DNA from: an uncultured Acidimicrobiia bacterium
GTDB taxonomy: Bacteria; Acidobacteriota; Terriglobia; Versatilivoradales; Versatilivoraceae
DNA: 64,000 bases
Direction: 5' to 3'
NCBI GenBank assembly: GCA_963786955.1
Contig: CAWBAT010000005.1
Location: forward strand, 256,001 to 320,000
Shown here: positions 10,566 through 20,789 of the stretch, one piece after another
Layout of the letters: each line of letters begins with the position of its first letter
How positions within the stretch are numbered: the stretch's first letter is position 1
The notes under the pieces: generated by a model
The model's database searches: none
Seen by the model: the letters and a program-made list of their open reading frames with translations, nothing else
What the model was told of the DNA's origin: nothing
Made by a program: the position numbers and the translations under genes

Positions 10566-10985
10566 ATGAATCTCGCCACGGTTTCAGGAGTAAATAAAAG
10601 CATACAATATGGCCATCGACGGGCTTTAACAATTCCGTTCGAGAAGGCTCTACAAGACACGAAAGAAGCGCTATTAAAGGAAGGTTTTGGCGTTCTTAGT
10701 GAGATTAACGTCCGCGAAAAATTTCGAGAAAAGCTGGGAGTGGACTTTCACAATTACGTGATTTTGGGAGTTTGCAATCCTCTATTGGCTTTCGAGACCC
10801 TGCAGCTGGAAATTGACATTGGGTTATTTCTTCCGTGTAATGTGATTGTGTATGAAGAACAGGGTCATACCGTGGTAGCCGTCATCGATGCCGAAAAAAT
10901 GCTAGCCCTGGCGGGCAATCCCAAGCTTGAGTTGGCAGCTTCCGTAGTCAACGAACGGCTGCAGAGAGTGCTCGAATCGGTTTAA
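10566..10985 (+). CDS. DUF302 domain protein
   Basis: EGFGVLSEI...ILGVCNP...IGLFLPCNVIVYE signature. Confidence 0.9.
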   Translation: MNLATVSGVNKSIQYGHRRALTIPFEKALQDTKEALLKEGFGVLSEINVREKFREKLGVDFHNYVILGVCNPLLAFETLQLEIDIGLFLPCNVIVYEEQGHTVVAVIDAEKMLALAGNPKLELAASVVNERLQRVLESV

Positions 10986-11145
10986 GATTACCGCTGAATT
11001 TCTGCGAGACCATATTCTATGAAAGGCCAGGAGGCCTGTCACTACCATACCGGCGTCGTTCGCCGTGCGGCGGACGAAACCCAATGCTCAACAATCCTGG
11101 AAGGCTGTCGTCCGAGGTTATAGCCGGCCTCGCTGAGGCTTGTCC

Positions 11146-12468
11146 CTATCCGGGGCCAGCGGCCCCGGCTACAACTCCCTTTGATTCGAGCAGACCTACG
11201 CGCGCCAGATCGCGCTTGATGTAACGGACGTACCCGTAGACAAGAATCAATGCCGCCAGAAGAATAATCCCCGAGACCCCTGCAAAAACTCCCTTCAGTC
11301 CCATATATTTCTTCAAAAACCCAGCCAGCACGACCCCTGCACCAGCCGCAAGGCTATTGACCATATTCATGAATCCAAAGCAGGTCGACCAGGTATTCCG
11401 TTTCAAGACTTCGCAAATAATTGGGCTGGAATTGGCTTGTCCCATTGAACGAAAGAAATTAAAGGCAAAGATCGAAACGGCAATCAAGACGTAGTGCCCC
11501 GTAATAAGGAAGAGAAGCGGAAATGGAACTGAAAAAAAGATCAAGACCGTTTCCAGGGAGAGCCGCTGGTGGAGCCCGTATTTCACAATCCAGTCAGAGA
11601 GGTAGCCACCCAGCATGATGCCTAGAATGACCCCCGACGTCATATAAACCGTAGCTGAAAAGCCAGAGGCCGCTAACCCTAAGCTGAAGGATTCCTGGAA
11701 ATAAAGCGGCAGCCAGTTCAGGAAGATCCAGGCCCCAAAATTCAGCACGATCCCGTCAATCGCCAAAATCCAAAATGTTGGGACTCGCATGATCTCGGCG
11801 AGAGTCCCCCACAAAGGTGCAGGGGTTTCGACAATCGCTGGAGCTTCTTCTGGCGCCTCCGCTTTTTTGATGAGATAGATATAACCCAATGCCAGGAAGA
11901 CGAGGCCTGATCCTCCCAGCAACCGAATGGCTAACCGCCACCCATAATGCTCACCGATATAACCGGAAAACGTGCCCCCACAAACCAGCCCTAAATTAAT
12001 CCCTGCCACAAAGAGGCCCATAGCGGTCCCCCGGGATCGAGCACCATGATACTCCCCCAAGAGTGCAATGGCATTGGGAACGAAGATGCATGTACTGGCT
12101 CCCAGTGCAACGCGCAAAGCCAGAAGTTGATTGGCACTGGTCGCAAAGCTCGACAGGAAAGTAATCAAGGTCCAACAGAGGATGCTGAAAAGCACAAGAG
12201 CGTGCCGGGAAACACGATCCCCCAAATAACCGGCAAACGGAGAAGCCAGGGCAAAGCTCCAGAGATAAAAGGCGCTGATAGCCCCTAATCCCAGCTCGCT
12301 AAAACCAAGATCTCCCCGCAAGAGTGGAAAGAGAGTCGCATAGGCAGTCGGGTCGGAATAAAAAAGCGTAGCGACTAAGAACAGGAATATCGCGAGAATC
12401 CATCGATAGGGAATGATCGGTGAAGCGCTGGGAGATCTGCTTGTTTGATTTAATTCGTGTGAGTTCAT
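11146..12468 (-). CDS. MFS transporter
   Basis: About 12 TM segments; GYLGDRVSR and GYLSD motif-A loops. Confidence 0.92.
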   Translation of the reverse strand: MNSHELNQTSRSPSASPIIPYRWILAIFLFLVATLFYSDPTAYATLFPLLRGDLGFSELGLGAISAFYLWSFALASPFAGYLGDRVSRHALVLFSILCWTLITFLSSFATSANQLLALRVALGASTCIFVPNAIALLGEYHGARSRGTAMGLFVAGINLGLVCGGTFSGYIGEHYGWRLAIRLLGGSGLVFLALGYIYLIKKAEAPEEAPAIVETPAPLWGTLAEIMRVPTFWILAIDGIVLNFGAWIFLNWLPLYFQESFSLGLAASGFSATVYMTSGVILGIMLGGYLSDWIVKYGLHQRLSLETVLIFFSVPFPLLFLITGHYVLIAVSIFAFNFFRSMGQANSSPIICEVLKRNTWSTCFGFMNMVNSLAAGAGVVLAGFLKKYMGLKGVFAGVSGIILLAALILVYGYVRYIKRDLARVGLLESKGVVAGAAGPG

Positions 12469-12819
12469 GAGCTCCTTTCCGGCAGAGGGGCCACTCGAGG
12501 CGGGCCCGCCTGTGGGTGGAGTAGCCCCTTGAGAGCGATTTCCCCCACTTACGGAATCCGTTATGGCGATGCTGCAACTCTGAAATGATCAGTTCAGATT
12601 GAGGCAACAAAAAGACTTAAGGTTTTTGGACCCAAGATAAGCGCCGTTCGCCTTGAGAAGATACAGCTTGAGAAATTGCACATTGGTGGCCATGTTCCTG
12701 GAGTAGGGACAGGCGTCCCTGCGTATTTATGTAATCACGAAAAGCTGTTCTAAGTAATCAGTTTGCAATTTTTCTTTGCTCATTAATTTGCGTTGAAGAA
12801 CATGCCCCAGGTTTTCTTC

Positions 12820-13136
12820 AGCCTGAAAGAGCTGAAACACCGCAGCCGGGGGCAACGCCCCCCGGTTTCAGACCCAAAGTGTCCATTGCCCTGTAAGGGC
12901 AACACAAAGTGCCCTTCAACACCAGATGGTGCATTCGTCATAGCTAAGCTTGTATTTCCTGAGATTTCCCGGCACCTCCTCTATATAAAGAAAATCCTGG
13001 TGATGCTCTTCTTGGTTGAGGAGCTGTTGACGATCTGCCTACCAGGTTGTGTTGCCCTTACAGGGCAACGGGTATTTGGGGGACATTACCGAGGGCGTTG
13101 CCCTCGGCTACGTTGTCGGAGGCCTTTCAGGCCGAT
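12820..13136 (-). mobile_element. Non-autonomous IS200/IS605-like relic: inverted hairpin ends enclosing a Y1 transposase C-terminal fragment
   Basis: Ends GCCTGAAAGAGC..AGCCGGGGGCAACGCCCCCCGG..GCCCTGTAAGGGCAACA and their inverse at 13049-13136. Interior minus-strand frame 12916-13035 reads DRQQLLNQEEHHQDFLYIEE..RKYKLSYDECTIWC*. Confidence 0.7.
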
Positions 13137-13769
13137 GGGGGGCAGGCGAGGACGCCTGCGCTCCCGTCGAGCTCCTGCGAGACTTAATGGGATCAAGGGG
13201 TGGAACGCGAGCTCTGCGCCCGTTCGAGCGTGCGCGGGAGCGCCCGCTCCACCTGAGGGCGGAGTCCGCCGTGCGGCGGATTCCGCCCTCCAAGGCAATT
13301 CTTTGGGGGACTCAACTCCGGAAGAATTCTCTACAATGTGGGCGTTTCATGGAGCATTGAACCTTAGATTGGAAGATTGGATTCGTGAATTACTTCACTT
13401 TTTCGTAACGATCTTCAGGATTTCGTATAAATCAGCCTTCGCAAAGAGGGAATTTGTTTCAGCAAACCAGTCGCTAGCAAGTTTTATTCTCATTTATTTT
13501 CATGTAGATAAGCATGACCCGATTAATCCTTGTACAGCAAAGGACACAAAATTGCTTTAATATTACAGTAGTGTGACAACTTAGCTGCCCATAGGCCTGG
13601 GTTTATTTCAAATTCAGTTAGTGGTACCTGTCAATTAATCAATTATTCCCTATCCTTCAGAACCTCCGCTTATTTAATGCTTTTTCAGCGTGACCATCTT
13701 TGAAAATTATTTTTTCTGTCAGTTATAAAACGTAGAAATAAACTACAAGTTAATAAGGAGGAAATACCG

Positions 13770-16700
13770 ATGAATCGAACTCGATTAATCATAGGGTTTC
13801 TACTAGTCCTGGCTTTAGGGTTTACGGGCCTGTTGTTTGGCCAAAGCGACCGCGGTACCATTTCTGGAGTCGTATCGGACTCCAGCGGTGCGGTTGTACC
13901 TGACGCGACCGTGACAGTCATGAACGTAAAGACTGATTCCAAGACAGTTGCCAAAACCGGCACAGGAGGTAGTTACACGGTTCCTCAGTTGCCGGCGGGA
14001 ACCTACAAGATCTCAGTTGAAAAGCAGGGATTTAAGCTGGCAGTGCGAGAGAACTTCCCACTTCTGGTCGGTCAAACCACGCGTGCAGACATCACACTCG
14101 AAGTCGGCCAGGTTTCCCAGACGGTTGAAGTCGAAGCCGCAGCGCCACAGCTCAAGCCGGAGACTTCCGAATTGAGCACATCGGTCGGCCAAAAACAGAT
14201 TCAGGACTTGCCGTTGCCCATGTCTGGAGAGGCTCGCAGTCCCATTAATTTCATCGCTTTGGTCCCCGGTGTGACAGGAGCTCAAAGTGGTGGGGGATAT
14301 GGCAACAATACTACGGGTAGGACTTTTGCCACCAGCGTGAATGGTGGACAGACCTTTGCTTTTGAGATTCAGGTGGATGGAGCGACGGTCCAGAACACGA
14401 ATGTTTCTGGGGACTTCCGAAACATCGCCTTCCCTCAGGACGCCGTCCAGGAATTCAAAGTGGAAACAGGGAACTTCGCAGCCGAATACGGACGCACGGG
14501 AGGCGGCATCGTTAGCTTTACAACCCGTTCTGGGACGAACGATTATCATGGTTCGGTATACGATTACTTCCGCAACAACGTCCTCGATGCGCGCGGATTT
14601 TATGCTGCCACTAGGCCCAAGCTCAATCAAAACGAATTCGGCGGGAATATTGGCGGTCCGGTTATTATCCCCAAACTTTACAACGGCAAGAACAAAACCT
14701 TTTTCTTCTTCTATTATGACGGTTTCCGATACCGATCGGGAGCAGCTAACTTTCTGGTGACCGTTCCGACCCAACTGCAAAGGGGCGGAGATTTTAGTGA
14801 TCTCAGGTCTTCTAACGGAACATTGATCCCCATTTATGACCCGACGACAACTCGAACAGTCAACGGGCAACTTGTTCGTGACCAGTTCCCCGGAAACGTC
14901 ATCCCCGCGAATCGAATCAGTTCAGTTGCCAAGAACATCATAGGCTATGTTCCAACTCCTAATTACAATGGAACCAGTCCCTTTGACAATTACGCCTCAA
15001 CCCAGGGCGGTACGAATGATACCAACATGTGGGGTTTCAAGATTGACCAAATGATTGGCACAAAGCATCGTTTGAGTGGCTACTGGGGCCAGAACAAGTT
15101 CACCGGGATTGACGCTGCCGGGGCAGGCGCGCTTTCGGGGCCCGTCAGTACGGCTGGTGTCACCGAACACCCCCAAAAAATCTTACGGCTCAACTGGGAC
15201 TATTTCATTCGTCCCAACCTGATCAACCATGGTACCTTTGGCTTCAATCGGAGCACACAGGCTGGTGTCCCGCTCGTTTATGATAAAGATTACAACCCAA
15301 TTTTGGGCATCACGGGGACTGAGGTTGCCAACGGCTTCCCACGCATCAACTTCTCAGAAATTTATACCCCTTATGGAAGTGGAGGAGGAGAGAACACCAA
15401 CATCGAGAATGGTTTCGTTGGGGCAGACAATGTGACCTGGATCAAGGGGAACCACTCGTTTAAATTCGGCGGGGAGATGCGCAAGAATCAAGAAAACATC
15501 ATATTTAATGGTTCGGCGCTCGGAAATTTTGGGTACAGCACCCTTGAGACAGGCCAGCCCAACGTGACGGGCACGGGAAGCCCCTTAGCCAGCTTCATGC
15601 TGGGACTGGTCAACAACGGCAACATGTTAGTTAACAACACCGTTTTCGGGTGGCGCTACGAATATTATAGCTTGTTCTTCCAGGACACCTACAAGATGAC
15701 TCCCAAGCTGACCCTGAATTATGGTTTGCGCTGGGAGGTTCCTGTCCCCAAAGGCGAGGCGTATGATCGCATGTCAAACTTCGATCCCAATATCGCGAAC
15801 CCCGCCGCAGGCGGCATCCCCGGGGCCCTGGATTTCACCGGGACCGGCACGGGGCAGAACGGACAAGCAAGGTTTTATCCGGCTGCCAAAAACGAGTTCG
15901 GTCCACGCGTAGGAATTGCCTACCAGCTCAAACCCACTACAGTGGTCCGTGCCGCCTACGGCATCTATTATGTGGGCGCCGGCTCGGTACTCGATAACGG
16001 AGAGCGTACCAGCTCCGGGATCGGCTACTACGCATATGTCAATCGGAACAGCCTCAATAATGGAATCACGCCCGCCTTCCAAATCGATAACGGCTTTCCG
16101 CAGAACTTCATCCGCCCACCATCGCTCGATCCTTCCTTCCAGAACAACTCTACTGCTACTTGGATGGAGCCTGGAAGTCAGAATCAGCCCTACGTTCAGA
16201 ATTGGAACTTGAACGTCCAGCACCAGTTCGGTAAAAACCTGCTCTTGGATGTGGCCTACGTGGGCAACCATGGCACACACATGCCCAGCAATGTGACCGT
16301 TCCCGACCAAGTCAACCCCTCCTGGCTTTACTTGGGCAGTGAACTGAGCGCAAACATCAGTTGCCTCAGCGATGGGAAATGTCCGAATGCCGCTGCGGCC
16401 GGCGTCAAGAGTCCCTACCCTGGGTTCAATAGCAGTATCGCCCAGGCGCTGCGACCTTACCCGCAGTATGCAGGTGTTAACAATGTGTATGAACTGGCTG
16501 GCTTCTCCACTTACAACGCGTTACAAGTGAAGTTGGAAAAACGTTTCGCTAATGATTTCAACTTCCTGGTGTCCTACACCGCAGCCAAGACGATGGACTT
16601 GGCTGGATCGCAATTTGCAGCTTACTTCTCGGCGGGCGCCCAGGACTCCTTCAACCGGTTAGCGGAAAAGAGTGTCAGTGAAAACGACATTCCACAGAGC

Positions 16701-17246
16701 CTGGTATTTAGCTACAACTACGAACTGCCTTTTGGGCCCGGGAAGAAATTTGCTACCAAGGGCGGAGTTGCCGGCAAGTTTACCGGCGGGTGGAGTTTTA
16801 GTGGCATTCAAACCTATCAGAGCGGGTATCCACTCTGGTTGAGGGTGAATAACACCCTGCCGATATTTAACGCGAGGCTCCGTCCCAACGCCAATGGATC
16901 GGTAAACAAGGTGAATTCGACCTCGAATTTCGATCCGAACAGGGACCAATATCTCAATCCCGCAGCCTTCTCGGGTCCGGCTCCTTTTGCCTTCGGGAAT
17001 GCTGCTCGTACCTACACTGACATGCGGGGCTTTGCTTACTATAACGAGGACTTCAGCATTATCAAGCGGACTCCCTTCAGTGAGGCAGGGTATGTTGAAT
17101 TTCGAATGGATATGTTTAACGCTTTCAACCGCGTTTGGTTTGGCAGCAACGTGACAAGCAACTGGAGTTCCGGTAATTATGGAAAGGTCAGCGGACAGGC
17201 CAACGGTCCGCGACTCATCCAATTTGCTTTAAGGGTTAGTTTCTGA
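13770..17246 (+). CDS. TonB-dependent receptor with N-terminal carboxypeptidase-regulatory-like domain (acidobacterial type)
   Basis: AAGGAGG RBS; signal peptide; GTISGVVSDSSGAVVP; AEYGRTGGG; TLNYGLRWE; C-terminal PRLIQFALRVSF. Confidence 0.95.
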   Translation: MNRTRLIIGFLLVLALGFTGLLFGQSDRGTISGVVSDSSGAVVPDATVTVMNVKTDSKTVAKTGTGGSYTVPQLPAGTYKISVEKQGFKLAVRENFPLLVGQTTRADITLEVGQVSQTVEVEAAAPQLKPETSELSTSVGQKQIQDLPLPMSGEARSPINFIALVPGVTGAQSGGGYGNNTTGRTFATSVNGGQTFAFEIQVDGATVQNTNVSGDFRNIAFPQDAVQEFKVETGNFAAEYGRTGGGIVSFTTRSGTNDYHGSVYDYFRNNVLDARGFYAATRPKLNQNEFGGNIGGPVIIPKLYNGKNKTFFFFYYDGFRYRSGAANFLVTVPTQLQRGGDFSDLRSSNGTLIPIYDPTTTRTVNGQLVRDQFPGNVIPANRISSVAKNIIGYVPTPNYNGTSPFDNYASTQGGTNDTNMWGFKIDQMIGTKHRLSGYWGQNKFTGIDAAGAGALSGPVSTAGVTEHPQKILRLNWDYFIRPNLINHGTFGFNRSTQAGVPLVYDKDYNPILGITGTEVANGFPRINFSEIYTPYGSGGGENTNIENGFVGADNVTWIKGNHSFKFGGEMRKNQENIIFNGSALGNFGYSTLETGQPNVTGTGSPLASFMLGLVNNGNMLVNNTVFGWRYEYYSLFFQDTYKMTPKLTLNYGLRWEVPVPKGEAYDRMSNFDPNIANPAAGGIPGALDFTGTGTGQNGQARFYPAAKNEFGPRVGIAYQLKPTTVVRAAYGIYYVGAGSVLDNGERTSSGIGYYAYVNRNSLNNGITPAFQIDNGFPQNFIRPPSLDPSFQNNSTATWMEPGSQNQPYVQNWNLNVQHQFGKNLLLDVAYVGNHGTHMPSNVTVPDQVNPSWLYLGSELSANISCLSDGKCPNAAAAGVKSPYPGFNSSIAQALRPYPQYAGVNNVYELAGFSTYNALQVKLEKRFANDFNFLVSYTAAKTMDLAGSQFAAYFSAGAQDSFNRLAEKSVSENDIPQSLVFSYNYELPFGPGKKFATKGGVAGKFTGGWSFSGIQTYQSGYPLWLRVNNTLPIFNARLRPNANGSVNKVNSTSNFDPNRDQYLNPAAFSGPAPFAFGNAARTYTDMRGFAYYNEDFSIIKRTPFSEAGYVEFRMDMFNAFNRVWFGSNVTSNWSSGNYGKVSGQANGPRLIQFALRVSF

Positions 17247-17254
17247 CCTTCCTT

Positions 17255-17307
17255 ACCTCCAGCCTTCTCCTCTGTGTTCGTACGGAGGAGAAGGTTGGCA
17301 GGTTTTT
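17255..17307 (+). terminator. Rho-independent terminator of the TonB-dependent receptor gene
   Basis: CCAGCCTTCTCCTCTG / CGGAGGAGAAGGTTGG stem followed by GGTTTTT. Confidence 0.8.
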
Positions 17308-17353
17308 CCCCAGCAACTATAAACGCTTTTAAAAATGTCATAAATCCGGCGTG

Positions 17354-17605
17354 AGCCCCCCAAGCCTCCCCTGAAGTTGTGAAAGAATTGGGTTCGGTGT
17401 CGCGCTGCGAGTGTCCCCCTTGGTTAAGGGGGACTCCAGGGGGTATGGTAGGGCGGTCTCGCTGAGACCGCCGAATCCAGTTTGGGCATGGCGGCGCGCA
17501 CGGCTGCGCGCCCTACCAGAACGACCACCCCCTTGCCCCCTCCTTAACTAAGGAGGGGAACCAAAATTGAATTCCTTCACACCTTCCCTTGTCAAAGGGG
17601 GGGCT
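17354..17605. repeat. Nested composite repeat (CCCC..GGGG hairpin > GAAGnTGTGAA inverted-repeat wrapper > CCCCTCC family > GTAG REPIN)
   Basis: Inverted repeat at 17373-17389 / 17570-17586 (15/17 match); internal GTAGGGCGGTCTCGCTGAGACCGCC..GGCGCGCACGGCTGCGCGCCCTAC. Confidence 0.7.
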
Positions 17606-17909
17606 ACTGGCAAACAACATTTAATGGGTCTGCACTACTAACCAATTGCCCCCTGCTCTCCCACCACTCTTCGCCGCTGCTAGTCACTTCAAATGCGTAA
17701 GTAAATTCCACTAAACCTGAAGTACAATATGCTGGTGAGGAGATGGCGCGATTATTTTTGAAATATTCCAGAAGCGTTGCGATAACGGCGAGACTCTCTG
17801 AGGGCAGGTGGGTAATATCGACGACTTGTTGGGAACATTCGCTGTTCAGTCCCCTGTCAATCGGCATTTAATCGTCTAGGCTTGAATTAAGACGGCTATT
17901 CGTGATTAA

Positions 17910-18060
17910 GGTGACGTATCTTTAAGATAGGCGCCGCGTGGGGTCACGCGGCCTACAAAGGTGTAGGCCGGGCCACCGACCCGGCGTTAACGTCACCATA
18001 TTTATAAAACCCAGTACTTAGCTTCATATTAAGTGGAACGCTACGGCGAGCGTTCCCTAC
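17910..18060. repeat. GTAG-type REP hairpins
   Basis: GGTGACGT/ACGTCACC flank CCGCGTGGGGTCACGCGGCCTAC and GTAGGCCGGGCCACCGACCCGGC; GGAACGCTACGGCGAGCGTTCCCTAC follows. Confidence 0.65.
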
Positions 18061-18238
18061 ACTGTAATCAAGATTATTGAATAATCGGGATAGAATTACT
18101 TTAGATTGATGAGATCATTTATGGGTTTAGGCTCGTCCTCTCTTGAGTATGCAGGTAATAATACAACTACAAAAAGTCCGGGCTGTAGAAATTCATTATT
18201 AGCTTTGATTTATAGGGTAGAGGCCTTTCTTCTTAAAT

Positions 18239-19474
18239 ATGCACGCAATCAAAAGACTCCGTACTAGATGGATTGGGGCAGTAGCGTTCATCCTTTTCTG
18301 GATGCCGGTAGACAGTAGTCTGCTGACAGCAGCCCAATCAGACCCGGACGAGCAGGTTCGCGTTCACTTCTCGGCCGCGCGCCAAGCCGAAAAATCCGGG
18401 GACCTCGCTAAAGCAGCCTCTGAATACCAGGCTGCTCTCAAACTCCGACCCGATGAGCCCGTGATTTACAATAATCTCGGTCTCGTTTATCACTTGCAGC
18501 TAAGATACCGTGAGGCGATCGATGCTTTCCAACAGGCCTTAAAGCTCAACCCCGAATTACTGGGCGCCAACCTGTTTCTGGGTATCGATTACTACCGGAC
18601 CAATCAGTCTGAAAATGCTCTCGCGCCTCTTAAGAACGCCATTGCGACCAACCCGAATGATGTTCAGGCGCACCTTTATTTGGGGCGTTGTTACTTGGAT
18701 CTAGGCCGTTACGAAGAGGCCTTAGAGGAGGTTAGAAACGCCGTCAGGCTGGCGCCTAAGGATGCCGACGCCTTGTACACATTGGCGCAAGTCTACGGGA
18801 AGCTCATGGGTGCCTCCTATTTGAAGATGGCTGAGGCTGACCCTGATTCCTATCGAGTCCACCAGGTGCTTGCGGAATCCTATGATAGTCAAAAGAACAT
18901 GGAGAAAGCGATTGACGAATACAAGAAAGCCATTGCCCTAAAACCCGGACTGCCGGGCTTGCATTATGGTCTGGGGGACGTGTATTGGCGCGCGGGAAGA
19001 GTCGACGAAGGGTTAAAGGAACTCCAGGACGAACTCAAACTGAATCCGGAACACTACTTGGCTATCTGGAAAATAGGAAACCTGTACATGTTGAAGAGTA
19101 GCTGGGATGAAGCCATTCCATACTTAGAAAAGGCTATTCTTTATGCGCCCAACCTGGCCCAGGCACATCGAGACTTGGGGAAGGCCTATTTCCAAAAAAA
19201 TGAACTGGAGAAAGCTGTTCAACATTATCTGAAAGTTGTCCAGCTTGATCCCGAAGAGGACACATCCCATTATCGTCTCGCGGCAATCTACAGAAAGCAG
19301 GGGCGGACACAAGAAGCCCAGGCAGAAATGAAAATTTTTGAGACTCTCGCCAAGAAGGTTAAAGCTGCTCAGAACCCACTTTTACCTGGTCTGGGGGGGG
19401 CAACTGAAAAGGAGAAAGAACAGATCGAATCGCCTGTTCCCCCGCCCGCGGAGCCTGTTCAGAAAGCACAGTGA
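18239..19474 (+). CDS. Exported TPR-repeat protein
   Basis: Signal peptide; many 34-aa TPR units (YNNLG..AL.LNP). Confidence 0.92.
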   Translation: MHAIKRLRTRWIGAVAFILFWMPVDSSLLTAAQSDPDEQVRVHFSAARQAEKSGDLAKAASEYQAALKLRPDEPVIYNNLGLVYHLQLRYREAIDAFQQALKLNPELLGANLFLGIDYYRTNQSENALAPLKNAIATNPNDVQAHLYLGRCYLDLGRYEEALEEVRNAVRLAPKDADALYTLAQVYGKLMGASYLKMAEADPDSYRVHQVLAESYDSQKNMEKAIDEYKKAIALKPGLPGLHYGLGDVYWRAGRVDEGLKELQDELKLNPEHYLAIWKIGNLYMLKSSWDEAIPYLEKAILYAPNLAQAHRDLGKAYFQKNELEKAVQHYLKVVQLDPEEDTSHYRLAAIYRKQGRTQEAQAEMKIFETLAKKVKAAQNPLLPGLGGATEKEKEQIESPVPPPAEPVQKAQ

Positions 19475-20676
19475 CCAAGACCTCCCCAGCAGCCTGCGGC
19501 ATGAAAGCTTATCAAACCTTCATCCCCATTCCAAGGGGGACTCTTTTCAATTCCCCTCAGCTGGAGGGGTGTAGGGGTGGGTTCGTTAGTGACAAAGAAC
19601 AGGCAGGATGCCCGCGCTCCCACCGAGGACTAACTCGACTGAGTGTATCCATTTGTTTGCAGCTTAGCCTGAGATTCCTTTTCGCAGTCTTTTTCCTGTC
19701 CTCTCTGGTACGGGGGAATACGTTCAGCCAGTCCAGCTTTTTTTATGATGAGGGCCTCAACCAGCTTGCCAATAAACAATTCGACCAGGCTGAAAAAAGT
19801 TTCCTCGAAGCGTTGAAAGACCCGCACGTGCCAGTGGAAGTCTATTATCAATTGGCCTGGGTGTATCTTGCCAAGGGACAGTGGAATCAAGCAGAGGATT
19901 CTGTGTCCCGGTTTCTTGTGGTTCGTCCTGGATCCGCCGACGGGCTGTATATTCGTGGATACGCGCTGTTTCGTCTTGGGAAATATGACGGGTCAATTAC
20001 TGCGTTGCAGAAATCGTTGGGGATCAAAAGCAATAACGCGGACGCCCATAAAATCTTAGGTCTTTGTTTTTTTCAAAAGAATGAAAATGAGTTGGCAGAG
20101 CGGGAATTAACCACGGCCGCTCAGTTAGATCCACGCTCTGCAGAAACGCAGTATTTTCTCGGACGTTACAACTATTCCGTGGATCGGTTTGAGCGGGCTC
20201 AACAGTCCTTCCAGGCTGCCATCAAGCTGGATCCCCAATATATGAAAGCCTATGACAATCTGGGCCTGACCTTGGATGCCCTGGGCCAACCGGATGCGGC
20301 CCAGAAAGCATTCCACAAAGCGATTGAACTCAATGAGCGCAATCATTTGAAATCGGCCTGGCCATACGAGAATCTGGGTGAGTTGTTGCTGAAACAAGAC
20401 GAGGTCACCGAAAGCATTTCTTATTTCGAAAAGGCTTTGTTGATCAATCCCGGGTGGCCGAAGGGGCATGTTTCCCTGGGGAAAGCTCAGGTTCGGATTG
20501 GCAAGATTGAAGAAGCCAAAACGAATTTCCTGGCAGCGATTCAAGCAGATCCTGAGTTTGGGGATGCCCATTACCAACTGGGGCAACTTTATAGAAAGCT
20601 AGGACAGAAGGAAGAGGCTCTTCGGGAACTGAAAATTTTTCAAAATTTGAAAGTAAAGACTGCGCCGATTGAATGA
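19471..20676 (+). CDS. Exported TPR-repeat protein (true start uncertain, possibly TTG near 19657)
   Basis: TPR units. The N-terminal ~60 codons cross a CCCC..GGGG hairpin repeat before the signal-like hydrophobic segment. Confidence 0.85.
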   Translation: MTKTSPAACGMKAYQTFIPIPRGTLFNSPQLEGCRGGFVSDKEQAGCPRSHRGLTRLSVSICLQLSLRFLFAVFFLSSLVRGNTFSQSSFFYDEGLNQLANKQFDQAEKSFLEALKDPHVPVEVYYQLAWVYLAKGQWNQAEDSVSRFLVVRPGSADGLYIRGYALFRLGKYDGSITALQKSLGIKSNNADAHKILGLCFFQKNENELAERELTTAAQLDPRSAETQYFLGRYNYSVDRFERAQQSFQAAIKLDPQYMKAYDNLGLTLDALGQPDAAQKAFHKAIELNERNHLKSAWPYENLGELLLKQDEVTESISYFEKALLINPGWPKGHVSLGKAQVRIGKIEEAKTNFLAAIQADPEFGDAHYQLGQLYRKLGQKEEALRELKIFQNLKVKTAPIE

Positions 20677-20789
20677 CCCCATGTCGCCGTCACGGGGCTA
20701 TAAGAATCCTTAGAACCCAGATTAGCTCCTTGTGTAATTATTATCTTGTAAGAAGTCTTCAAGGTTTTTGGCAATACCCACCCTCCCCA

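Noticed and set aside
12793-13560. 255-aa ORF
   Set aside because: It runs across hairpin repeats and antisense to the transposase relic; Arg/Gly/Pro-rich, with no family motif and no RBS.
17604-17867. 87-aa ORF
   Set aside because: No RBS or recognisable motif and it sits between repeat clusters; cannot be supported.
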